A DNA stretch of 63,889 bases, filler included, from Octopus bimaculoides (Eukaryota), in the NCBI RefSeq assembly GCF_001194135.2. It is 5 parts of 4 records of this genome, joined end to end, with 100 filler letters (N's around TTAATTAATTAA, not from the genome) between each part and the next. Parts side by side here need not be neighbours in the genome. Positions count along the whole stretch, not along the records: positions 36,157 to 55,364 come from NC_068991.1; positions 55,465 to 62,606 come from NC_068983.1; 3 more parts are not named here. The stretch is one strand, 5' to 3'. Shown here in pieces: positions 48,778 to 61,838 of this stretch; the first letter of the stretch is position 1, and each line of letters starts with the position of its first letter. The notes under the pieces are model-generated. The model worked only from the letters and a program-made list of their open reading frames with translations, was not told where the DNA came from and did no database searches. The position numbers and the translations under genes are program-made.

Positions 48778-50607
48778 TTCTAGGCTTACAAAGACTTCGA
48801 TTTGGTACTGCTATGTCTATCGACGCATGAAACAATCGAAATACCCCAGCGGGATGGTTAATCAGCCATTCTTTGTATATTGTAAATTGTAGGGTTAACA
48901 GCTGAAAATTCCCTGTTGGCCATCTGGTCCCGGTTCCATACGCTGTTGGGCCAGAGGGTGCCAATGAAGGATTTGACTTGCTTGACAAGTCAGTTCATCG
49001 AGAACCGTTTTTTATTTTAGATAATCTATGGAAATATGTTGACCATTGATTATTCGGTACTCAAAATTTAAATAAACATAACTAAATATTGCCGCAGTCC
49101 AATGACTTGGACGATTAATACATACGAGATAAATGTCGCAAAACAGTTTTGTCGGATGTGCTAATAATTCTGTCAATCTCTTTATAGTCTTAGTTCAAAA
49201 ACTACAATATAATAATTACCTTTGTCTTTAGAAATGGAACATCAAAACTGCCAAATATTTTTCGAAGGTATTAGGGCCTTGAGTGAAACTATTCACTGTA
49301 ACTTCAAACACATTATGAAAAAGTCTAGCAAACACATCAATTAAATGATTGTAAATTTCTTGGAGTACAAAACAGTCCATTTTGTTGCTATGTATTAAAT
49401 ATATCAAGGTGACTTTGGGCCAGAAGCTATGAGTCAGTTCATTGTCTGTAACTATGCAGCGTTAGAGGCAAGCCGGCCGCGTGTGTGTTTGACATGATCG
49501 AAAATGGTGTTCATTTAGGGAAGTAATTGGCACATTTTTCTTCATAGAATGCATCCATCTCATACAACCACACACATCTATAAATAAACTGTAGCACACA
49601 CAAAAAGCATATCAATAAATACTACTCGTGCGTTAGTGTGCACGATTGTGCGCGCGCATGGGGCGTGTGTCTCTCACTGTATATGAAGGCAAGTATATAA
49701 ATATATGGATGCATTTTCGCGAACGCAAATCATGTGTGTGTGTGTGTCTATGTGTGGAAATCAATAGATAGATATATAGATAACTCTATCAAGCCATCTT
49801 AGTATCTATCTATAAACATAAACACATATAAACGCACGCGCAACGATATTTGTAAAGGTTTACGTATTCACAGAATGCGAACCTACATGTATGTATATTT
49901 ACATATACACTCGCACACACGCACGCACGTACGCACGCATGCATACTCGTATTCTGACATCCATGGAAACATGCATACAGAGAGCAAGAACGATGTGTGT
50001 CTACTAATTACATGATTTGACCGCGCAACCTCTATCGACTAAAGATGGCGCCGCTTGTATTTCTAGCAGGAAATAATACGTTACCAATAAAACTTCCCAA
50101 GCAACAACAACAACAACAGCAACAAGTACAACTACATGAACAACAAAAACAGCAAAGAGATAACAACAGCAAACTCGTTAAAGATGATGAGGCAACAAAT
50201 AAGAACTGCAAAAGAAATTTTGTTTTAAGTAATTTATTTTCGACACTTGACCAAAGGAAAGAAACGTACATTGATATATTATCCTCGTTGCTAAACGAGA
50301 GAGATCTCTAGAGTTGTACGTATAGCCCTGGTCAGTTCGTAACCAAGGTTTCAAGTTTCAGCGAAAACCAGCAGTTTAATCATTCGTACCCTTTCGTTTT
50401 GGCTTCTTATTTTATTAATCAACTTCACCGAAAGCTGGTCGAAAATGATGTCATAACTTACAAAATGTCCTTTCTTCTTCGAGTTGGTTTTCAGAGATGT
50501 TTTTCTTCTCTCCTCACATCCAGGTTCTTGCTATGCAGATCCCTCACTGGGATGGTATAACTAAANNNNNNNNNNNNNNNNNNNNNNNNNNNNNNNNNNN
50601 NNNNNNN

Positions 50608-50639
<32 letters not shown>

Positions 50640-51078
50640 GTATGTATGTACCAATGCATGCATATATATATATAGTTCAGATAAAAAGATAAATAATTGT
50701 GGAAAAGTACTACAGATTAAGAAAGAAATAGTGTCAGAAACTATTTTCGTAAAATTCTTTCCAATCTAACCTTATTTAATCTATTCTTTAAAATAAGTTT
50801 TCATATTATTGATAATTCTTCCTATCAGAATCGCTTTTAAGTCAGTCTGCATATCACATGAACAACTGTGTATGAAATAGATAGTTATATCTTCGTAGGT
50901 GTGTTTCATTAACATAATGTGATAGTAAGTTACATAATGCGAATTGAAAAAATAACAGGATTAATCTTGTTAATGACTGACAACTGTATCAAAATCTTTA
51001 TTAAAAGAACGTTATATGGGGTGTGAGATGTGTCGGGTGATTAACATAATACAGAATACTGAGGACTGCAGAGGGGAT

Positions 51079-51235
51079 GTTACCAGGACGAACGTGAAGT
51101 AAGCTTCTCGTGGAATTAATGTGTTTGAGACTGAGCACTCCTCAGGCATTCGTACGCTTAACGTAGGCCTCAGAAACAATCAGCGTGACACAGAATGGGA
51201 CAAATCTAGCCATTTGAATTACAAATACGATTCAT
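51079..51235 (-). mobile_element. Decayed family A/C 3' half
   Basis: CTGAGCACTCC..CTTAACGTAG..CAGCGTGACACAGA is the reverse complement of the shared body. Confidence 0.65.
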
Positions 51236-51473
51236 AATACAGTTCTACGTTTAAGAAATGAGGAATTATGTACATTAATTTAAATTTGACGGATATTTGT
51301 CCTCATCTTGTTTGTTGTTTACACAAGGTTTCGGTTGATATACCCTCCAGCCTTCATCAGATGTCTTGGGGAAATTTCGAACCTGGGTTCTCGTTCGTAA
51401 GGTATGTTTCGATGTTTTTGTTGTTGTTGTTGTTGTTATTACTACTATTGTTATTATTATTATTCAGGTCACT
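51233..51473 (-). mobile_element. Penelope-like terminal-repeat fragment
   Basis: Contains the hammerhead-like motif at 51321-51366. Its left end (ATAATACAGTTCTA..TTTAAGA.ATGAGGAATTAT.TACATT) recurs at 8563-8620. Confidence 0.6.
51321..51366 (-). ncRNA. Minimal type-I hammerhead-ribozyme-like motif
   Basis: AGACAT CTGATGA A GGCTG-GAGGGTATAT-CAACC GAA AC CT T GTGT: intact CUGAUGA core, stem II with one mismatch, GAAAC, 4-bp stem I. Stem III reads ACCT where the palindrome ACGT is expected. Confidence 0.65.
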
Positions 51474-52129
51474 ACGTCATATGCCCACGGGTGGAAATCC
51501 TCTCTTTTTTTTCAGTCCAGTAAATATTACATATAGAAATTATCCGTCCCCCTCTGACGATTTGACATTACATTTAGATTATATGCGTTTATATAACTAT
51601 TAACCATATGTTAACGAAACATATGTAAGACAGTATAACTAAATATCGTATAAGCAATTTCAGCTGTTTCTTTCCATTCCCCCTATGATCTCTTTGTAAC
51701 AATACAACCCGGAAGCGTATGAAATGAAAGATTCTTTTTCTTATTTTATTATAATTTTTGATTTTATTATAATGTTTTGATGCTCAGATTTTTAATAGAG
51801 AATATTATTGGAATAACCTACGGTCAAATAACGTGGCCAAAATAATGAACTGCCAACTCCTACACAATGTTTTATTCACCTGCCAACAGCAGAAAATACT
51901 CTTTTTTTTTCTGTCCAATAAGGATTTCGCTGTGTTTATTAACATCAAGGTTTCAGCTTTTGTAATGTATTTACTTAATTCTGCCCCCTCTCTTTCTCTC
52001 TCTCGCTGCCTCTCTTCGTATATGTTTATATGTACATACGTGTGTGTGTGAGTGTCTATGCTTGTAGGGAATATTATCTAATTTATAATCTCTATCTATC
52101 TATCTATCTATCTCTATACACACACACAT

Positions 52130-52174
<45 letters not shown>

Positions 52175-53710
52175 ATATCATATCAGAGACATAAAACGAA
52201 TGAAAAGGAGAGAAGAGGGAACGAAAGAAAAGAAAGAAGAAGAGAGAAGGAGAGAAAGAAGAAGAGAGAAGGAGAGAAAGAGAGAGAGAGAGAGTAGCCA
52301 TGTAAGTATATCATAGGTAGTCGTCGTTTGAGTTAAATACACACAACCAAATCAATACATAACATTCATTAAAATAATAAAGGATTAAAAAAGGACTGAA
52401 TAAAAAAACTTACGTTCTCTAATACTGTCACGGAACCAGACACACTGAATGTGTTGGTAGTTGATTACTTAAACCACACTGTTTGACCAGAGACTATTTT
52501 AGCTAACCTCGGCGCATCTTTTGATGGCGAAAACATATGAAAAATACAAACACTCTCATCATCCGCAATACATTATTTTTTTTCCATTGAAAATTCAGAG
52601 ACGATGATATGAATTAAATCCGTTGTCGTCTTTTTCTGTGACTTTGTAATTCTTAGTTTCTGTTAAATCGATTTGGTAAGAAGAGATTCAGAAATTAACA
52701 CAACTTCATTACCTTATAGGTGTTTCAGGTATATGAAACAGTGAACACGATTTACGTGCTGGTGCAATATGCTATAGCTTCATCGGAACCATTGAACAAA
52801 CACTCAGTATGGTATGACGTTTGGAATATGTTAGGTCTATTCATGAGTAGGGGGCCCTCCTTTTAAATGCGTTAGGAAAGGATATGCACTAAATAGTCAA
52901 CGGGTATGTATCGTCTGAGAAAAAAACAATTCAAATACGTTAGTATCGCGTGATATAAAGCATTGCTGTAAATTTACTCACTCATTTCTTAGATGTATGC
53001 AATGTTCTCTCTCTAATGTAGCATGACGTACGATAATCCGTTATAATGTTCTCGTACGTGATACGGAACGATCGCTAGTTAAAAAATATGGAAGAGACTA
53101 TATCAACAAACACTACAATAGCAGAACATTTAGAGCAAATGGCGGTCTATTTTTCAGATATATGTAATGTTCACTCTGTAATGTTGTATGACATATGATA
53201 TAATGGTGTAATAATCTGATATGCGGTATGGTTGACTCGCTAGTTAAAGAATATGGAAGAGATAATCTTCCTCGGCAAATAGCAACATGGCGGAACATTT
53301 AGAGCAATATCATTTAGCAAAGATAATTGTAATTACGGATATCAAATTTTAATAAGCAAAGCTCCTGATCTTTATTTCGAAAAGTTATCCACCCATGGGA
53401 ACTTCCATAGAGAGTTGGTTTTAGAATATGACAAACGCATCTAATTGATATTTTCCTGCGGGTTCTACCCCAGAGATCTCACAGAAATGCTTTATAAAGA
53501 TTGTATGCTATTCACATATGCATACATATATGTATACACACACACACGCACGCACACACACACACACGCGCACGCACACACACTCACACACACACACGCA
53601 CACATATATATATTAATACGCATGCACATACACACGCACGCACTCAGACAAACACACAAGCAGACTGTTATTCAACATACTTTCACATATACACGCATAT
53701 TTCATCAATC

Positions 53711-54100
53711 GTTTACCGTTTCAGTCATTTGTCTGCGGCCATGCTGAAGCAGCGCCTCAAATGGTTATTCGGTCGAATGAAACGACCCTAGTCTTTATTT
53801 TGTTAAGAGTTTGGTGCTCATGTTTTCGGTGTCTTTGGCCAGACTGCTAAGTTACGGGGATGTAGACAACCATCGCTAGCCGTCAAGAGGTGATGCGGCA
53901 CAAACCCAAAGCCAAACAGACTCACACACATACACTTACTCACACACACAAAGCCAAGCAGACACTCACAGACACACATTTGTTGACGTCTTCCAATTCT
54001 ACTTACAGGCCTTTGGCCGACCCTAGGTTATAGTAAAAGACACCTACCGAAGGTGACACGAAGTAGGATCGAACCTATAAATGTGTATTTGGGAAGCATT
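53711..54100 (-). mobile_element. SINE family B, diverged
   Basis: TTTCAGTCATTTG.CTGCGGCCATGCTG, GCTAAGTTACGGGGA, (CA)n, TTTGGCCGACCC..TATAGTA. Confidence 0.75.
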
Positions 54101-54984
54101 ATTTCATTTCTACCGCCAGGAATGTGATCAATGCTTTTTATCTTCTGAAATGTCCCCCAAAGATTTTTAATCTCTAGCATGATGCATTGAGCTTAAAAAG
54201 TTGTCTTGCCCTTGTAACAACTTTAAATGAAGACAAAATAATCAGCGGTCCCCAGTGCTCCTTAGTTTATTGGATAAGCTCCCTTGTTTGGTTAGCAAGT
54301 TAGTTGCTGTCAAATAGTTAATTACTTGTGTAGTTTATAGCAAAGACAGAGGAAGAAAAAGAAACTTCATTAATTAGTGAATTGATTGCAGTTAATTATT
54401 TACGTTTCAGAGGAAGTTTTCAATTAGCTACTAAGCTAATTGATTACATTCTTAGTTAGTTAATGTATTTATTTATTTTGTTAAATCGATGTTGATGAGC
54501 GGGCGTGTCATTCCTCTACTTAAGCCTACTTGCTAAGGAGGTGTGTGCTACCTGGTTGTTTGACCTGCAACAAGGAGCAGCCAGATACTACTCAGATCTC
54601 ATCTTCCAGTCATAAAGAAGGACATTTATCTGCTTAATGGAGGACTTAGGTAGACTGCGCTTGAAAATAAAACGGAAGGTAACTGCTTGAAAGATCAGAT
54701 TGAGTGGGAGTTTTTATTGAGTTACATAGAAACGACAATATTTTGTTGTAAAACTCATTAGTGGTGACTATATCTTTTATTTTTAGCTTGTAGTTTAGCA
54801 ATGGAAGCTAACCGTAATCAAACGGTCAAACAGTTTTTAACCTTAGCTCACCACAGATCAAATCACGCTGTTCAGCATGTGATACTTGAAGATCTCGGAG
54901 TATCTCTTGAGGGAGAATTGGTGATTATTTCTACCGAGTACCACAGTGCTTATGTGGTTTCTACCTTTATATAATAATGTAATG

Positions 54985-55330
54985 AAATGTTGAATTTCAA
55001 TTATTGCAAATTAGAAGAGGCGGGACAGGCAATCTAATGAGATGCTGGTCTGAAATTAATGTGGGAAGATTGACTGAATTATATTTCGTTTAAAGAATGT
55101 AGGAGGTAAGACGGAATGGTATAATCATAGCTTGAGGTATGGTTTGGAGGGGAGGGCAGGTTAGAGACGGTGGAAGAGGATGTCTTCTGAGCGGGTAGCA
55201 TAATGACATAACTTTTAGAAGAGCAGAATTTAATAATGCTGATTATACTTACGGATATCTTCGAAAACAGGTATTTACTAGTTCCGATGACATCCATTCT
55301 GATTAGAGACGGAAAACTATAGAAGAAGAA
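54985..55330 (-). mobile_element. Possible Jockey/CR1-type LINE RT C-terminal remnant
   Basis: Frameshifted NGC-SSELVN, RRHP and SNLQ*LKFNI words resemble the G.CS.EL..HP..NLQ.FK tail. Weak. Confidence 0.3.
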
Positions 55331-55364
55331 TGATTTTAACATTACAATGGGAAACAGATAGAGA

Positions 55365-55464
55365 NNNNNNNNNNNNNNNNNNNNNNNNNNNNNNNNNNNN
55401 NNNNNNNNTTAATTAATTAANNNNNNNNNNNNNNNNNNNNNNNNNNNNNNNNNNNNNNNNNNNN
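55365..55464. other. Assembly spacer N44-TTAATTAATTAA-N44
   Basis: 12-mer at 55409-55420. Confidence 0.95.
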
Positions 55465-55478
55465 CTATCTTTTAAGAG

Positions 55479-55525
<47 letters not shown>

Positions 55526-55697
55526 TATTTATGATTACATACATTTATATATATGTATGTTATGTAAGTTTGTGTACATACATGCACACAACACACAAAC
55601 ACACACACACACAAAAGTATATTTTAAAAATTTTGCAAAAATCCATTCATCCATCCGTCCGTCCGTCCGTCCACCCTCCTTCCTTATATGTATATAA

Positions 55698-55788
55698 GAA
55701 CCTTGCTCAAGAACATAACGCACTGTTGAGGCTGTGATCGAAACCTCAACCTTATGTTTATAAGCCTAATACCCTAACCATTAAGCCT
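55698..55788 (-). mobile_element. Decayed family C head
   Basis: CTTGCTCAAG.ACA.AACGC...ATCGAA...AATACCCTAACCA.TAAGCC. Confidence 0.55.
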
Positions 55789-58047
55789 ATATTTCTTAAT
55801 GCTATTATTGATCTCTTGACATTGTTGGCGTCTGTGGCATTCATGACTATTATTATATATTTATACTTTATTCCAACTTTTTATAAATTATATGTTATTG
55901 TGAAACTAATACCGCAGATAGTCAGTTGGATATCTGTTTCTGCGTATAAATTAATTAACCTCTTTGTGTGTATGTACATATGTGTGTGAGTGTGATGTAT
56001 ATATGTATATAAGTTATACACACACATACACCCACATACATATATATATATGAGTATATATACATATGTGCGTGTATGTGTAAAAAACTAACATTTGTCT
56101 TTATTTGAGGCGTCTCTGCCTCCTAATGTACACTCACGCACAGAAACACACACACAACACAAACATACACGCACAAAAACACACACACAAACACACACAC
56201 ACAAAGACACACACATACACATATATATATATATATGAGTAGAATGTTTTTTATCATATTTTTTATCAATAAAAGTCTATTGACATGTATATATCTGACT
56301 CAGCTTATTTAATTTTAATTTTGTAATTATTAAAAAGGAATCGTATAAATGTCGGACTATAGTTTCATTTTAGACTCATAATATTTATACTGGCTGCAAC
56401 CAGTACGTCTGCTATGAAATCAATAGTAGCATTAATATATACCATTTCACTTAAAGTGTTACAGAATGCTTTTGAGGAACTTGTAAGTAAAGGAAACGCC
56501 TTTATACAATAAATGACGTTGAAAAAATAAAACATTATTTAATTAAGATCTACCGGTAAATATCTCTTGATTGATAAGTTGTGCAATCTCACATGCATAA
56601 ACAGGCCACAAAGTCACAAAAGTCGTAAGAGCAAAATCATTTTATAAACGAATTTATTAAAACGGAAACTTTTACTTACGTTTATTGATCTGTAATATTA
56701 TCTCTAATGCGCGACAGACATAACAGATATACATATAGATAGACAACATAGCGCAATTTTTATTATAATACTACATAAGTTATAGACTAGCTTTAATAAA
56801 ATATCTTTAGTTGTTCATTTACTTCACTCTTGTCATAACGATTATTAACACACTGTGATAATTTGAATTTACCCTGGATCGAAAAAGAACATAATTTTTA
56901 AAATTTACTCCTTCAGTTAAAAATCATTCATAAAATTTGTAGAGCTTTTGATTTTTATGTTTCACTGCTACGCGTAATGAAATAAAATAAAATTAAAAAA
57001 ACTCATCATATTCTTAAGTGCAATGTTACTGCTTAAGTGCAATAAAGCATATAAAAATGGTGAAATAAAAATTGTGAAAGTACTTACAAAACAAATACAT
57101 TTAGTTTGTACCTGTCAATATATATAGCAACAGGAATATTTCCGTATACAGTGCACTCAAGTGGAATGCATAAATTTCATATTCTAGTTATCATCGATAT
57201 GTGCAACTGAAAAAAGTATAACCCGACAGTAGTATTAGAATTCATGCTGTAAAAATACTTTTATTTTCCAATAAGAATATTTTTTTATCATAGTGTGTGG
57301 AAAATGTTCAGCAGTAGAAATTCTGTGGCGAGAGTTAAAACAAAAATTATTCACAATTATATACATTAACCTAGCGAATTAATTCCTCTTTGTTACATTT
57401 ACGACATGATCTCAATGAAATATATAAGTCAGTTTCAATCCCAGGCGTGGTTTAAGTGTTGTAGCGTCTATATGATTAATGCTTAGCAATTATTCTATAA
57501 CTGAATTACGATATATATCTGGGTGATTTTCTGCTAGCTACTTGATAGTACTTTCACATTTTATTCCCAATTCTAAGAATGTTTATGATATTTTATGTCA
57601 AATTATTTCTTTGTATGGTAGTACTCATTTGCTTAGTAAATATTGCTTTCATTATTTATTACAGTCATAATCTCTCTTTTTTAAACAAACATCAAGGTAG
57701 CCCAACTACGTTTAGTGTACAAAAATAGTTGCGATAACATAGAGATACTTTAATACCTGTAGCGTATCAAATAGCCATACCAACACATTCACTTGATAAT
57801 TCTTAGATGACAACGGAATGGAAATATGTCACATGAGTTCAAAGAATCATTAAGTTTTAATTAGTTGTCCAATATAATTTAATTCCAGTATGTACAAACA
57901 ATAAACTGAAGGCATTTCCACAGGGAATTTAAGTCAACGATATACCTCATTTTCTCATCCGAAATAACGAAATAAAATTTGAAATAAAAAAATTGCAATG
58001 AATGCATATTAAGTAAATCATTATTAATGAAAACATTAAGAAGCGAG

Positions 58048-58063
58048 AGAGAAAGAGAGAGAA

Positions 58064-58128
<65 letters not shown>
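58048..58128. repeat. (GA)n microsatellite
   Basis: Directly visible. Confidence 0.96.
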
Positions 58129-58132
<4 letters not shown>

Positions 58133-58517
58133 GTTGTAATTGAAAACAAAAAAATTTCGCCAGAACATATTAATATTGTTTATCAAATATTAAAACCTGT
58201 TCTGCAGTGAACATAAATCTTGGCAACTAATATCTAAATTTGTGCTAGTAAATAATAACAGACGCTTCGAAACTGCCTTTTTATCGATATATATATCAAC
58301 AAAGGAATTTATAAAAAATTTCCAGAGAACCAAACCTACAACATGGCTATGGAGGATGTGACTGAGTGACTGACTAACTAACGGACGTCACAGAAATTTA
58401 TACGTAGAATGTAGTTGAGTCAATCTGCTATATATATTTATCATTAATAATTAATAGAACTTACATAGGTGTGCATATATATATATAAATATATATACTC
58501 ACACACACACATACAAA

Positions 58518-58571
<54 letters not shown>

Positions 58572-58867
58572 TCTGGTGCTGTTAGAATTCATGAGGATGG
58601 CGTTTCCTTCCTTTTTCAAATATACCCAAATTTAAAATGATCCAGTATGACGATATCATTCATCAGACATGTATTGAAATATGCTAAAAACAATTCAATG
58701 TCTCGCGAATATATGTTACTTTACATATATTTTATGTATTAATTTCATTTATTGAAATTTCCTAAGAAGCATATTTTGCTTTAAAGTAGTATCTCCTTTT
58801 AGACACAATTGTCATTAATCGTACTGTTTCCATTTCTCTCATTTCTGTCTACATTAGTCTTCTTTCG

Positions 58868-59737
58868 ATCTCTAGATAATGCAACATACAGCTGACCATG
58901 TGAGAAGAATTGTATCAGAAGACAATTTCAATTTCTTCAAAAGTCTATCCCTGTGCCTTGTTGCACGTCAAGGCAAAATCTGGCTTGACAGGTAATTGTT
59001 TGGGTGTAAATATGGATGGAATTTCCGTTTCTTGTGATACATGCGATATTCTTGGGTTTAGCAGTGCTGATCCTGCATAAAGACCAGAAGCAACCTCAGC
59101 CTCAATAACGTGATCATATAAACTGACAATGATGTAGCGTGTATCATTGCAATATCTATTAGTAGCACCTAAATTCCCCAAAAGTATTATGTAGCATTTT
59201 GTTTTCTATTTGAGTATGTGTGGTGGAGACCCTGATGGTGTAATTTTGTTGATGAAATCAATTGCGTACAGAGTTTTATTATCAAATGTATCTGAGCTTC
59301 TGTATATTTTTAGCTCACTCAGGATCCTGGTCAACAGAATATCATTCACAAATTGTGTTGCTTCTTTTGTTGGAGTAGCAATGGTTATGTTTGCAAAGAC
59401 ACAGAAAGTTTTTAAAGTTATTTTTGAGATCAGCGTATACAAAATCGCATAGATCTGAAAGAGTACCACTTCCAAAGCAAAGGTCCTTGAATAGTCACAG
59501 ACGGTGAAAGCTGACTCAGTGTCTTATTTTGAAGTAGAACATTCTCCTTTCGAGATACCCTAACCAGTCGGTCATGTATAGCGGAAAAAGAATTATGCCT
59601 ATGTTTCCGTGCAGCTTCAGACAGTTGTTTCAGTCGCTTTGCCCGGGTTTCAACTGATTTCAACCGTTTTCCTCTCTGCCGTCGTGCCTTTGCTGCTAAA
59701 TGTTCCTTTCCAGTCGCATGTTTTTTGGGCGCCCCAT
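58868..59737 (-). mobile_element. Internally deleted Helitron Rep/PIF1-helicase remnant
   Basis: ITPSGSPPHILK, YCNDTRYIIV..HVIEAEVASG..PRI..KQLPVKPDFALTCNKAQG and FFSHGQLYVALSR (58871-58906). A basic N-terminal segment MGRPK..ARRQR..ETRAKRL starts at 59737. Confidence 0.85.
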
Positions 59738-60112
59738 GTTGAATTGCAAAATTTTAATGTGATATTTGTATTATATAAGAGAAACAGTGAGTGCGCGTGT
59801 GTGTGTGTGTGTGTGTGAGGGAGAGAGAACATTGCAAACAAAGAATGAAATAAGCATGAAATGAAAGTGTCGTATAAGTAAAAACTCGTTAAAACTATCT
59901 TGTTTAGCGTGCTAGAAATAGCAGCAATCACGTAGTTATGCTACCTAATTAATTAGCAGCTTTCTCCATTCTGATATAGAGAGGTCAGCCTTCTACCAGA
60001 TAAGTGGTACGATCTTGTGATAATTCATAGGTTAAATAATTATAATCAGCAATTTGTATCATTGCCACTAAAATAATTTTAATTCCTTTTCTAAGTAGAT
60101 TTAATTACATTT

Positions 60113-60494
60113 GTGGAGGCGCAATGGCCCAGTGGTTAGGGCAGCGGACTTGCGGTCATAGGATCGCGGTTTCGATTCCCAGACCGGGCGTTGTGAGTTT
60201 TTATTGAACGAAAACACCTAAAGCTCCACGAGGCTCCGGCAGGGGATGGTGGTGAACCCTGCTGTACTCTTTCACCACAACTTTCTCTTACTTTCTGTTT
60301 CTGTTGTACCTGTAATTCAAAGGGTCAGCCTTGTCACACTGCGTCACGCTGAATATCCCCGAGAACTACGTTAAGGGTACACGTGTCTGTGGAGTGCTCA
60401 ACCACTTGCACGTTAATTTCACGAGCAGGCTGTTCCGTTGATTGGATCAACTGGAACCCTCGATGTCATAAGCAACGGAGTGCCAACAACAACA
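60113..60494 (+). mobile_element. SINE family A, full length with 11-bp TSD
   Basis: A box TGGCCCAGTGG, B box GTTTCGATTCC, (CAA)n tail; TAATTACATTT at 60102-60112 and 60495-60505. Confidence 0.92.
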
Positions 60495-60917
60495 TAATTA
60501 CATTTATACTGTTGAAATTAGGATAGACTATATTAGTATATCCTCAGTATACTATAGAAGGTATACTATTCTAGTATATCCTCTATTTCAATTACTTCGT
60601 AGTGAACAGAAAAGAATAACTCTCTTTTACTACGAACTGTTGTAACTGACGATAGATTTTATCTTAGAATTAAAGAAACAAAACAATGGTAGACTCAAAA
60701 ATAGGGTGAAATTTTGTGTCGGTTTTGACACAGCAACGTTATAAAGTCATCCTATCACAGCAAAAGAAATACAAAAGTATAAGAAGTTTTAAATTCAGAG
60801 CAGATAGTAAAAATGCAAAAAACAGTTCGTTAAATATAAATGCATCAGGTTAATGCGACGTGTTCTTCAGAAAGATTCATTACTGCTCATTGGCATAAAT
60901 ATATATTTCCTTTATCT

Positions 60918-61223
60918 GGAGGCGCGATGGCCCAGTGGTTAGGGCAGCAGACTCGCGGTCATAGGATTGTGGTTTCTATTCCCAGACCGGGCGTTGTGAG
61001 TGTTTATTGAGCGAAAACACCTAAAGCTCCCCGAGGCTCCGGCAGGGGATTGGTGGCGAACCCAGCTGTACTTTTTCGCCACAACTTTCTCTCACTTTTT
61101 CTTCCTGTTTCTGTTGTACCTGTATTTCAAAGGGCCATCTGTGTCACGCTGAATACCCCCGATATCTACGTTAAGGGTATACGTGTCTGTGGAGTGCTCA
61201 GCCACTTGTACGTTAATTTCACG
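60918..61223 (+). mobile_element. SINE family A lacking the 3' tail
   Basis: Colinear with the 60113 copy up to TTAATTTCACG; CTTTATCT flanks both sides (60910-60917, 61224-61231). Confidence 0.9.
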
Positions 61224-61431
61224 CTTTATCTTTTACTTGTTTCAGTAATTTTCACTGTGACCATGCTGCAGCACTGTCTTTTAGTCGAAGAAATCGATCC
61301 CTGGACTTATTCTTTGTAAGCCTCGTACTTATTCTAGGGGTTTCTCTTGTGCCGAACTGCTATATTACAGAGATGTAAACACATCATGATCTAGTATAGC
61401 CCGAGGCTATACTAGAAGATATTCGTCCAAG
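61224..61431 (-). mobile_element. SINE family B with internal deletion
   Basis: Tail through GTAAACAC, then jumps to CCCGAGGCTATACTAGAAGA. Confidence 0.82.
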
Positions 61432-61511
61432 AAGCAAGCTCTTAAGACAGCCATGCCTTATGTCTGAATTATATTTCTGCTGTATCAAAACAAAGGAATA
61501 ATAACTTTGTT

Positions 61512-61838
61512 AGGAGTGGCTCCGTGGTAAGTAACTTGCTTACCAACCACATGGTCCCGGGTTCAGTCCCACTGCGTGGCACCTTGGGCAAGTGTCTTCT
61601 ATTATAGCTCCGGCCGACCAAAGCCTTGTGAGTGGATTTNNNNNNNNNNCCCAGCATCGCTTGACAACCGATGCTGGTGTGTTTGCGTCCCCGTAACTTA
61701 GCGGTTCGACAATAGAGACCGATAGAATAAGTACTAGGCTTACAAAGAATAAGCTGTGGGGTCGATATGCTCGACTGTAAAGGTGGTGCTCTAGCATGTG
61801 CGCAGTCAAATGACTGAAACAAGTAAAAGAATAAAAGA
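61512..61838 (+). mobile_element. SINE family B, near full length
   Basis: AGGAGTGGCTCCGTGGTAAG head through GAAACAAGTAAAAGAATAAAAGA tail; 10-N gap at the internal microsatellite. Confidence 0.92.

Noticed and set aside
58660-58690. CTGATGA words as further hammerheads (also near 2547, 29985, 33301, 38647)
   Set aside because: No correctly placed stem II plus GAAA and stem I.
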